This document shows, in pieces, positions 53,383 to 64,000 of a stretch of DNA of 64,000 bases (its first letter is position 1; each line of letters starts with the position of its first letter). Source of the stretch: Polymyxa betae A26-41 (lineage: Eukaryota; Protista; Endomyxa: Phytomyxea); the NCBI GenBank assembly GCA_003693705.1, contig RBZT01000553.1:1-64000 (forward strand). Direction: 5' to 3'. Position numbers and translations under genes: made by a program. Below the pieces are notes generated by a model. That model was not told the DNA's origin. It searched no databases and worked only from the letters and a program-made list of their open reading frames with translations.

Positions 53383-56192
53383 ATGAGCGATTCGGATCTG
53401 GAATCAGAGAACGTTTCGTTTCGTAAACGAAAGGGTCGCGGTTCCGATGATGATTCCAGTTTCACCTTCAATGAAATTGTCTCGGGAGATACTACCTCGG
53501 GCGAAATTAGCTCAGGCCAAAGGAGGCATCGGAGGGCTCTGAAACGTGTCAGGGGCGAAATTTTTAGCCCGAGGAATAATCAAGGCAATACGGCGGACGA
53601 CGCGATTCAAATCGTCTCAGATGATGAAGCAGCTAATGGGCAGACCAACGGTAGCAACAATGGTGAATTTACCTTCCAAATGGTGTTACTTCTGTATGAA
53701 TTGCCAGCTAGAGAATGCATCGACAACGGAGTCGTTTATCGAAATCAGAAGAAACCCTTTAAAAATCGTGTGGAAAGTCCCGAAAGTGCTTTGGGGAGGG
53801 ATTGTGTCTGGATTCGCTATGGAGAATACACCGCATATGACGGTGACGCTAATGAAAGAAGCTTTTGAATTCAAATCTACCGATGAAGTAGGGTTATCAT
53901 TCTTTCATTCTGTTTGCCTTTGATGGAGATTGTCGCAGTCAATTGGCTTGTGCGTTAGTCTGGCTGACAGATTGAAGCCATTCGAAGATATCGCTTGTAA
54001 TACAATCCACTCGCCGTATTTCATCGGTATGCTATTTCGTTTTCGAGAGATGGCCGCTATGCCAATCAGTGAGCTCTAGCGTTTAGGCCTCGTCGTGGCG
54101 TTTCAACCCTTAACTTGGTCAATACCAGCTCAGATTCCGGTTTCGATCAACGTTATATCGTCATTTTTTTCGAGCAAGTCGACGAGCCCAAAGCCATGCA
54201 GGTGATCGGGGCAATGGAGAAAATGAGTGCAAAAGTCGAAGGGGTGATACAATTTCTAAAGCCGGAAGATCTATCGAGGTCTTTTCTCTCGATTTATATT
54301 TTCTTCATTATTTGCCAACGTTCCATTCAGATATGATAATATTCACCCAAGACCAAGGCGTGGGAGGACGCGGGCTGCCACTCAGAAGACACTGCTGTAC
54401 GACCACAGTTTGACTGGAAATATCGTACCCGGTTGTTTGTTTCGTTTCCCTTCAGAATCGTTTTACTGAACCGCTTTCAATCGCAGAAAGGACGACCATC
54501 TTGCAGTATCCAATTCAAGCCACGACCGGCAACCGAATTACGCTCACCGAGGATGATCTGGACGTACTGGATCCGGAGAATTTTCTCAACGACTCCATCG
54601 TCGATTTCTATCTTCTTTATCTAAAAGTTTGTAACGTGGCTCGATCTCATTCGAAATTGTAATGGGCCTTAGGATCACTTTAATTGTGAGCGTTTCCATA
54701 TATTCAATTCGTTCTTCTATAAGAAGTATACGAGCGCCGGCGCCGCTCCGCAGGCCGGGCAAACAGAAAGTTACAAGGCCGTTAAGAACTGGACCCGAAA
54801 CATTGACTTGTTCAAGAAAGATTTCCTGATCATGCCCGTTTGCGATAAGATGCACTGGTCTTGTGTTATTGCCTGTTATCCAGGTAGTATTCAATGCTAT
54901 TTGTCGACCATAATTGATGACTTGATTGCAGGCCTACTTGGGGAAATGACCGAGATCGATCCTGATGCAGTCGCATTCCCATGCCTTCTCCTGCTCGATT
55001 CTCTTGGTTCACATTGCGCCCCGAAACTCTTTCGGATGTTTCGAAACTACTTGAGCTCAGAATGGAACGAAAGGCATCCAAGAGCTGCCTCGTCGTCGGA
55101 CGATGATGTGAGTTGAACATGAAGTCCATATTTTTATTGAAAGTTTCATTCAGGTTATTGAAACGTTTCGTGCAACTAAGATCAATATGCCAGGATACGT
55201 CGTTCAAGTTCCACAACAAACAAATGGTACTTGATATTTCAATTATAGGATTCGTCATTTATTTGAATCAGATTGCGATTGTGGCCTATTCATGCTACAT
55301 TATATAGAGGAGTTTTTAGCCAATCCTTTTACTGATCTTCGCAAGTCGCAGGTTCATAATCCTACCTGGTTCGATCCTGAAGTTGTCGTATGTCCATTTT
55401 CCACCCTTGGCTTCAGCTAATTTGTTTTAAAGGTTAATGAGAAACGTACTGTCATCAGGAAACTGGTGCTGGATTTGAGCGAGATGTGGAAAAATCCTTT
55501 TGGGATTAGTAGGACAGCAACTCCGGAGGGTGAGACCAGGCTGCCAGCTGATAGCGGTGACAAAAGCTCCAGTATCAGCATCGGTAGCGCTCCCATAACA
55601 GCAAAATCTAGCCGGAAACTAAGATGCTGCTATAGTGGCTGCTAACGATCCCGAGGTCGATGTTCCAATCGATGTCAGCAATGTGAGCGGCGACCAACAT
55701 CCCATTACCAGAAATGGTAGTGTTTTTAACATTAGAGAGCAGAGGAAATTGACATTATGATACAGTTGATGTTAAAGACATCGAAGTCGATGTTCCTGTC
55801 GACTCCAATAATTTATGCGGCGACCAACATCCCATTACCAAAAATGGTAGTGTTTTCATGAACATCAGAGAGCCGAGGAGATTGACATTTCGATACAGTT
55901 GATGTTAAAGACATCGAAGTTGATGTTCCTGTCAACTCCAATAACTTATGCGGCGACCAAAGCCCGAATACCAGGAACGTTAGTGCTCCCACAATCATCA
56001 GAGAGGAGACAGAGATAGAAGTGATTCTGGACTGTGAGACCAAGTTGCCTGCTAATAACGACGATAAAAGCTCCAATACCGGCAACGGTATCACTGTCAT
56101 AAGCATTAGAGTGGAGACGAAACTGACGTTTTGGTACAGTCGATGTTAAAACGCTCGATGCCGATGTTCCAATTGACGTCAGAAATCTGTGA
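53383..56192 (+). CDS. ULP2/SENP6-7-like SUMO protease (peptidase C48) with C-terminal tandem repeat, multi-exon
   Basis: DLDVLDPENFLNDSIVDFY, FNSFFYKK, VKNWTRNIDLFKKDFLIMPVCDKMHWS, LLLDSLG, VPQQTN..DCGLF; N-terminal SIM-like AIQIVSDDE. Confidence 0.88.
55530..56192 (+). repeat. Tandem exon+intron repeat (81-nt exon plus 49-52-nt intron)
   Basis: Near-identical copies of GATGTTAAAGACATCGAAGT(C/T)GATGTTCCTGTC...GCGGCGACCAACATCCCATTACCA(G/A)AAATGGTAGTG. Confidence 0.9.
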
Positions 56193-56992
56193 GGTTGGGA
56201 CACTCCTGTTTATTTAAATAAACCGCGATGATCTTGCGGTGTACAGCCATCCAGAGCATGTATCTGCTATTGTACTATATTACGGGTGCAAACAAAACGC
56301 TGTTCATCATAGACCGGAATTCGAAGAAATCTGTGGCGGCTTGTCAATGTTGGAATCAGATAGACAGGCCCAGTAATCGCTACAAAGGACAGGGCGGATT
56401 TTTCAGCCAAATGTCAAGAATCAAAACTATAATCGAGGTCAAAAGGAATGAGGCAACAAATCTGGCGCCTCATTATGCATTCCACAAGCTTCAGTCAAAC
56501 CTCTAATGGGACTTCGTTGCCTCTCCAGATGTTCTACAGGGCGTCAAGTAAATGGCTCTGGTGATCTCGAGAGAATCAGATTTTTTTAACCAGCGATGAC
56601 TACAGCCTCTCAGATTACCAACGGAGGACATTCGGGCTCGTTTGGAGCGCCGAAGCGCCATCCGAGAATCTTCCAATGCATCGGATGTCAGTCCTAATGC
56701 CTTGTGAGCAAATTGAAAGATCAATGCACAACTCAAACATCGTATGGGCACTTTATGGGTGGGGTTATTCTGTAATCAGTACATCATCCTGACTACATTA
56801 CACTTCATTGTTTATCATTGGATACCTCATGATCATCATGCTGACATTGCCGGTTTATAATCTCATCTGAAGTTGCGCATCTGTCTTAAAAACTTTCTAA
56901 AAATGTGATGGAACCTCGGTTTGTTTTCATGATAAAATATTGCGTTTGACAGAACAACTGTATCCCATCTTCGCAAAAATGAAAAGATCAAA

Positions 56993-57064
56993 TGCCCCCA
57001 GCAGGGATTGAACCTGCGACCTACCGCTTACAAAGCGGGTGCACTACCACTGTGCTATAGAGGC
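56993..57064 (-). tRNA. trnT: tRNA-Thr(UGU)
   Basis: Reverse complement GCCTCTA-TA-GCAC-AGTGGTA-GTGC-A-CCCGC-TT-TGT-AA-GCGGT-AGGTC-GCAGG-TTCAATC-CCTGC-TGGGGGC-A folds as a cloverleaf. No encoded CCA. Downstream T-runs fit a Pol III terminator. Confidence 0.95.
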
Positions 57065-57382
57065 AATTTGTGGAAGCACTTCTTCACACACATCAAATCA
57101 TTCTTCACCGGACTATTCCACAGAAGCAAGGCTGACCAAAATTCACCATTCTCTTACTTTTGTAATTCTCCATTGTTCAAGTACACTTTTTTTAAATGCA
57201 ACTTGTATCATACAGCCTTGTATCCATGATGGTCTACCGCCTTGCTGCCATCCAGTTTGTGCAAGGATTCTGTAGAAATCTCTTGATGGAAATGAGAGGC
57301 TCCTGGAGGGTTGCGCCGCGCCTTTACTAGCCTGTCTTTGCTCAGATTCGAACTTATCTCATACTAATCGTGACCTACTTCA

Positions 57383-58932
57383 ATGGCGACCACAGCGCCG
57401 GTTCCGTTGCCGCCTGTGCCTGAAGAGCCGCCAACCGACCTCTATTTACAATTAAAGCAGCTTCAAGAGCAGCTGCAGTTTCTGGAGATCCAGGAGACCT
57501 ATATCAAAGATGAGCAGAAGAACCTGAAGCGCGAGCTTCTTCGTGCTGAAGAAGAAGTTAAGCGTATTCAATCTGTTCCATTGGTGATTGGGCAGGTAAT
57601 GACGTCCATGTATCTAATTTTTTGAGGATTCGAACTTGGGATATAGTTTTTGGAAATGGTAGATGAATCTACAGGAATAGTGCATAGTACTACTGGGCAG
57701 ACCTACTATGCCAGAATTCTCAGGTATGCTTTTGAAATCGATTTGCAGCTGTCTTTGCTGATGATTGCAGCACCATTGATCGTGAAGTTTTAAAGCCGAA
57801 TTCCAGCGTTGCTTTACATCGCCATTCTAACTCATTGGTGGATATTCTGCCGCCCGAGGCTGATTCTACCATTAGTACGCTTGCCATTACAGGTGAGCAT
57901 CCCTTTTGAAATGCTTCTATATTTAACTTCTGATTGCAGAAAAACCTGATGTTAGCTACTCTGATATTGGTGGTCTTGATGTCCAGAAGCAGGAGATTCG
58001 TGAAGCCGTTGAACTTCCGTTAACTCACTTCGACCTGTAATACAACCTCAATCATAGCTGTGTTTTAACAGCTTCTTATAGTTATCGTGCTATTGGTATC
58101 GATCCACCTCGTGGTGTTTTAATGTGGGGACCACCTGGTACTGGAAAGACGATGATGGCGAAAGCTGTTGCTCATCATACCACTGCTTCGTTCATTCGTG
58201 TTGTCGGTTCAGAATTTGTCCAAAAATATCTTGGTGAGAAAATCCCAATGACTGCATCTTATCGCTGTCCTCGTTTATTTACGTTCATTTAGGTGAGGGC
58301 CCTCGTATGGTTCGAGATGTTTTCCGTCTTGCCAGGGAGAACGCACCGTCCATTATCTTCATTGACGAAGTCGATGCTATTGCTACGAAGCGTTTCGACG
58401 CCCAGACTGGAGCTGATCGGGAAGTCCAACGTATTCTGATGGAACTCCTCACGCAAATGGACGGTTTCGATCAATCTACCAACGTTAAAGTAAAGTGTTT
58501 TTCTTTAATCCTAATTTGAACTCCTAAAACAATCATTTAGGTGATCATGGCAACCAATCGTGCTGATACGCTTGACCCTGCCTTGTTGCGTCCAGGTCGT
58601 CTCGACCGGAAAATTGAGTTTCCGCCACCTGATCGAAGGCAAAAACGCCTCATTTTCCAGGTTGCTACTGCAAAAATGAATCTCAGTGATGAAATCGATC
58701 TTGAAGATTATGTCCAGCGTCCAGAGAAGGTTTGCTTTCTGTCTTTTATCTGATGGAAGTTACTAAAGCCTATTTTTCGCAGATATCTGCAGCTGATATT
58801 GCAGCCATGGCTCAAGAAGCCGGTTTGCTTGCAGTGCGTAACAATCGCTATGTTATCCTACCAGTCGATATGGAAAAAGCTTATAAGAACAATGTGAAGA
58901 AGGCTGATACCGATTTCGACTTCTACACATAA
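57383..58932 (+). CDS. RPT3: 26S proteasome regulatory ATPase subunit 6B (Rpt3), multi-exon
   Basis: [53 protein letters not shown]-terminal HbYX-like DFYT. Confidence 0.97.
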
Positions 58933-59009
58933 AGCAGTATATTCATTCCAATGCAATCAAACATTGAATGGTTTATAAACATTGACACCATGATATTACT
59001 TTTTGCGGC

Positions 59010-62000
59010 TCATGGTTGTGCTTCAGTAGATTCCTTGTTGCTTTCCGTAACTGGTGTAAGAAGTTGCTTGCGAATTTCGTACACAGGGTCGAGGTAGTAC
59101 TGCTGTACTAGATACTAAAACGCAAAGGTCAGAATTCGAAATTTGGAATTGCAATGTTTCTGACATTGAGAGTCGTCATCCTCACAAACGATCTCATACA
59201 AAAATTTGAGGCGGGATTGCCGAAAAATAAATTGGTTTACAACCTGTACAGCCAAAACTGGCAACACTGCCAGGGCAGCGATGAGAAGGGATGCGACCCA
59301 GAACACTGGATCGGAAAACACGAACTGAACAGAACCGAAACCGATCAAGGAATCGAATTTCATGGAGTTGGACAAGCCAAGGAACAACAGCATTCCTGTT
59401 AAACAGGAAAGAAGTCAGCGATGAATTGCACGGCAAAGGCCAATACATAGTCATGAGGCAACAAAAAAAACACAAAAAATTTCATATACCGAAAATGTGG
59501 AATCCGATTACGCCCACAACATTATACAAGGTGATGTACTGCATCTCCAAAAACAGAGTGATCGACTGTTAGCAAAGATTGATTACTCGGTTACGAAGGG
59601 GCGATGAGTGCTTGAACTCACCTGGACCAGCATATATGAAAAGAACGCTAACAAACCCAAGGTTTCTAAGTCACTAGAGCCACCGTGCGATTGGTGAGCA
59701 AACTCCCAATTATACCTGAAATACAATTTAGTGTGCACTAAAAAAAATGTAAGCCAATTGTTCGTACACCAGGCAACAGACCCCATAAATCACTAATGCT
59801 TGATACACAGCACGAAGTGTCCAAATCCCAAAAGTCCTCCAGTTGAAGTACGAACCCTTTTGGGTATGATGGTATGATTCTGGTATTCGCATAGCCTTCA
59901 GAATGAATAATGAATAAAGGAATCACAGAATCAATCGGAAATAACCTCATCGCCAGTGATATCTTGATCAAAGATAAAGCTCAAAATCGGAACGAACAGG
60001 AGGACGTTATAGGCAGCAATGGAGGCAGAATTGAATATCGCCGTGCCTGAAGGGCCATTTAGACAGCTGGGCTCAGAAAAATCGCAAGCCTCACCTGAAA
60101 ACCCGTTGACGAATTGGAACAGAATCTGGATCATGCAAAACTCGAACGATTTGTAGTACGAGTATTGAGACACCTGTCCAAAATTAGCAAGGTCACCGTT
60201 AACAGTTAATTGCGCCTACAATGCTGGATCGAAGATAGGATTGTCGGCCGTGAACCAATAGCAATGGAAGCAATGAACGGAAATAATTCACCTGCAAACT
60301 GTTAAATTTTCGACATCAAAATAGCGACAGTAAGTTCAACCTGATAATCAGCAGAACGAGCAGCTTGAAGCCCCTCTCGACCTCGAATTCCCACTCCAAC
60401 ATGAGACTCCATAATCATGCTGACGTCGTTACCACCGTCACCAATCGCCAAAGTCATCAAGCCGGCATCTTTCACCATTCTCACAACTTGAGCTTTCTGC
60501 TTTGGGGAAAAACGACAGCAGATAACGGCGTTGGCAGACATGCAGAGCTCCAGAAAACGACTCTTGTTAGCATCCGCCATGCAAGCAGTGAGAGAAGCAC
60601 CACGTAAAATCAGAGAAATATCCCTCATGCTTCGCTGAGATTGAAGAGATTGCAGATGGGAATCTAATTCAGCGCTGACAGAACTTTCGCTGATACCATT
60701 GATGTCTAGGAGAATGCTGCTTTCCGGTAACGATGACTGCGATCATATCAATCCTAATAATCAGAAGATCAAATAGCGTAAGTCACCTTCAGATTACAAG
60801 TTGTAGCAATCTGCAACGCAGTGCTAAACTTATCCCCAGTTAACATCCAGATTTTGATTCCAGCAGCTCGTAAAGTCTTAATGGTCTCAGGAACACCTTC
60901 AAAATGATTGGCTTTGAAGGACAATCCAGAGCAAACAAAAGTTATACCTTGTTGAAGGCGGTCTTCAATAGCAGAAGCCCCTAATAGCTCCAATCCTTGC
61001 TCCAATTCTTCGTAAACTCTCGACAGAGCTTCCTGAACCAAGTATCAGATACGATATAAGCTTGTTGAGAGCAGCTACTTCACGGTTTTGAATGGCACCA
61101 TTTGCAGCGTTAAATCGGTCAATCCAAGCAGCGTACTTAACTGGATCAAGCTTCAAGAATACCCGTTAAATAAATGCCATTATAAGAAGCGGGACTCTGA
61201 CCGTTTTTCTGGCAAACGCTAATGTTCGAAGACCCTCAGATGCAAATGAATTCAGATGAGAGATCGTGACACGATCTTCTTGAGTCTGATTAACGACACG
61301 CTCCATAATCACATCGTCACCACCTTTAAAAAGATATTACTATGAAGCTCGTCAAAGAATTGAGTATGCTGAACTTTACCTTTCATGTACAGAGTGAGAT
61401 TTCCTGTAGCACGGTCTTGTACGACGACAGACATCCGCCTTCGTTCGCTCGTAAAGCTAAGCTCTTGGCGAATGATGTGAAATTCGGTATGTCCATGAAC
61501 GTTCAGTTCTATCATAGGCCCTTGCCTGGAAACAACCTGAACGCCGAGTTGGGCGGCTGCTTCGACCAACGATTCTTCATCAGGCGATGAACTTTTATAG
61601 CTGTTCCGGAGAAGTAAATATTGATATGTTGCTGTATAACCGAGTACATACAAAATGCGGCCATTGGCAGCCTTATTGGGAATAACGCTGCTGTTTAAAG
61701 CAAGGTTCCGAAGGAAGTCTAAAGTGACACTGTTCTCGTTATGTTCCCCGGCCAAGAACAGACGTCCTCCGTTTCCACAGTCTCGCTCGCTGAACAGCTT
61801 TCCTTTAATAGAACACTGCAGACACAAGAATCAGTGCTAGAACCAAACAGTCAAAGATTTGGTACTAAGAGAAGTAAAACGAAATAAATCTGAAACAGTT
61901 ACCTTGCGGAAGACCATTTCGTTTTCAGTCAATGTTCCAGTTTTATCAGTCAAAACGCATTGAATCTGGCCCAAATCTTCACTAATCGAGGTGTTATTGG

Positions 62001-63631
62001 CCCTGGCAGGTTGCAAAGGTTCGCTACGTTTTGACTATTTCAGCAATTAGAATCTAGGCGAGACCCCTTGAATCAAATTACCGCGTTTTCTTCATCCTGT
62101 TCGAAAAACCGCCGATCCCAACCAATAAATTTGGCATAGTACAGTTTACAGACATCCAACGTGACCTGAGAATAGGATAAGGAACATTGACGGTCACTGC
62201 TGGGAAATCGACCTTCAGGGAAATCGGAATAATGGTGCTGTTGAGCAGAAGGAATCGTAACGGAATGATACTCCATCGCAGAGCAGATGGGACACCATCG
62301 CTATAGTCATAACCCAAATAAGGGTGTTTTTTGCCAACAACATGTTCCCAAATGTTTCCAACTATCCCAAAAACCACCTGCGCAATGGGGTTAGAATCGT
62401 AGCGTTCATTAAACCGCAGAATAATCATTCTGTTTTCATACCACAAGCGCGAGCTGTAGACCGAACAAAGCGATTGCAATCTGGTTGACGAAGGTGTCCA
62501 TTTTGGTCCATTTAACATTGACAGCACCTTCAAAACGCTAAGCCACCAATGCGATTTGCAGCGACGGTAACGACCTCTGTTTAATGCAAACTTCGTTTCA
62601 AAACCAGTATAGACAGCGGCACCGTACACAAAATCAGTATTACGAACAGTTGTTGTCTATAGCATTGATTAAGGATACATCACGCAGGACCAGTACAAAA
62701 ATAGAAATTTCCAACCTGCTGAATAAACTGATCTCCTGATACTGAGGAATCGTCGATACGAGAATCGAAGCGATAAACTGAAGAATCAGGAGGTGAACAA
62801 TAAATCACGCCACTGAAGTTCTCGATTTGTGCAACGGTCAGACTCTGTTGGAACACTTAAGTCACAAGATCACGTCCCCGGTTAATAGACAGAACCTGGA
62901 TGGACGAGACAGCAACTCGATTCTTGAGATTGGTTTCTCCATCAAGATTCATCGTTTGTAATGTACAGGAGCCATCCGGGGATGAACTCGCCAATATACA
63001 CAGATCGCATGGAACCTGCAGGCCTATTGATAAAGTCCAACCAAATCAGACGAAAAGGCATTACTTGTTCACCATCGGTTAGCTTAACGATGTCGCCCAC
63101 CCGGATATCTCGAGACTTGATTTGGGTCAGAGCTCCATTTCTTACCACCTACGAGCAGTAAATGATCAGCAAATTTCTTCTACGTATGGCAAAACTGATA
63201 GGATCTTTGGTTGGCAAAAATCGTAAACGGACTTTGTAGAGTTTCTCGTTGGCTTCCTTATCTTGTTTAGCTCGGCCGATATCATCAAGCGCTTCCTTTG
63301 CAGCGCTGACAGCAAAAACGAAAATTAACGGCGCCCATGTTGTCACTAATGAAAATCAGAATTGAATGCGGGAGAGACAAAGCTGACAACCAGGGCTGAC
63401 TGGAGTAATCATCGACCAAAGCTGAAGTATAGCAATGATCAGGAAATAACGGTTGATATGCCGGCTAAACTGTTCCCAAAGATTCTTTGGCAAAAACGTC
63501 AGCACAGTATATTTCGTCGTCCTGAGCTCATTATCCGGGAACTGGGCATTGAGCTCCGGCTGCGAGCAATGCACAACGCGTTCTTTGAACGCGCCTGGAA
63601 TCAGAACCCGAGTCGGCAACGTGGATGTCAT
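59010..63631 (-). CDS. P4-type ATPase phospholipid flippase (ALA2-like), multi-exon; 3' end approximate
   Basis: [99 protein letters not shown]. Confidence 0.95.
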
Positions 63632-64000
63632 TTCACCAAACCAGGACGCGTGTCCTATGCAACCAAATCTATCAGCATGGCTGATGACAATAAAAAGAGA
63701 TATAACATCGCAAAATGGTCTTACAAGGATGTAACGATACCGACGCGGCCTCTCCTTGCCGGTCGAAACTCTAAAGGCAGATGCTGATAACGACAGAGAA
63801 GCCGATTTGCAGCACCAGTTCTCTATTCGCCAAAGATATTCGTCTAGCAGGAGATCGGATCTCGTACGGATGTTTACGCAGGTTGCCGCATCACGCGCCG
63901 CCGCAAATACGCCCGTTGAGTCATCTTGCCTGTAGAATGTAGATGTGATTCACTGTCGCCTGGGCCCATGGCCACATGCAGAAATGTAGAAACCCATTCT

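Noticed and set aside
56200-56990. Possible snoRNA or other ncRNA in the gap before the tRNA
   Set aside because: No convincing C/D or H/ACA box arrangement with terminal stems seen; an Infernal/Rfam scan would be needed.

Overview
This is eukaryotic nuclear DNA, not prokaryotic. The window is gene-dense (about 25 genes), with many short spliceosomal introns (mostly about 45-60 nt) and several head-to-head gene pairs only 150-200 bp apart. The compactness, intron style and gene content suggest a compact protist genome, possibly a phytomyxid such as Spongospora or Plasmodiophora; this taxonomic call is inference only. Recognisable genes are UTP15, UFM1, two intronless bacterial-type MscL channels, poly(A) polymerase, an ArfGAP-DENN-IQ-DUF3490-like protein, a large RCC1/UBA/SPRY HERC-like protein with no visible HECT domain, a lipase-3-like protein lacking the catalytic Ser, YKT6, MTG1, a MaoC-type dehydratase, a YAK1/DYRK-type kinase, CWC21, presequence protease, SARAF, an ABHD13-like hydrolase, a LEA2-like membrane protein, a SAM methyltransferase, a PH-PH-PTEN fusion, a TPR protein, Fused/STK36 kinase, an AP endonuclease, a ULP2/SENP-like protease, tRNA-Thr(UGU), RPT3 and a P4-ATPase flippase. 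Two decayed DNA-transposon fragments are also present. The most notable observations are: (1) the divergent pair of MscL genes; (2) telomere-like AAACCCTA repeats in three consecutive short introns of one kinase gene; (3) a tandem exon+intron repeat in the SUMO protease, where one copy has GT->TT at the donor and the intron-homologous sequence reads as coding; and (4) several unusual domain architectures. Multi-exon gene boundaries were inferred by eye and some are approximate.
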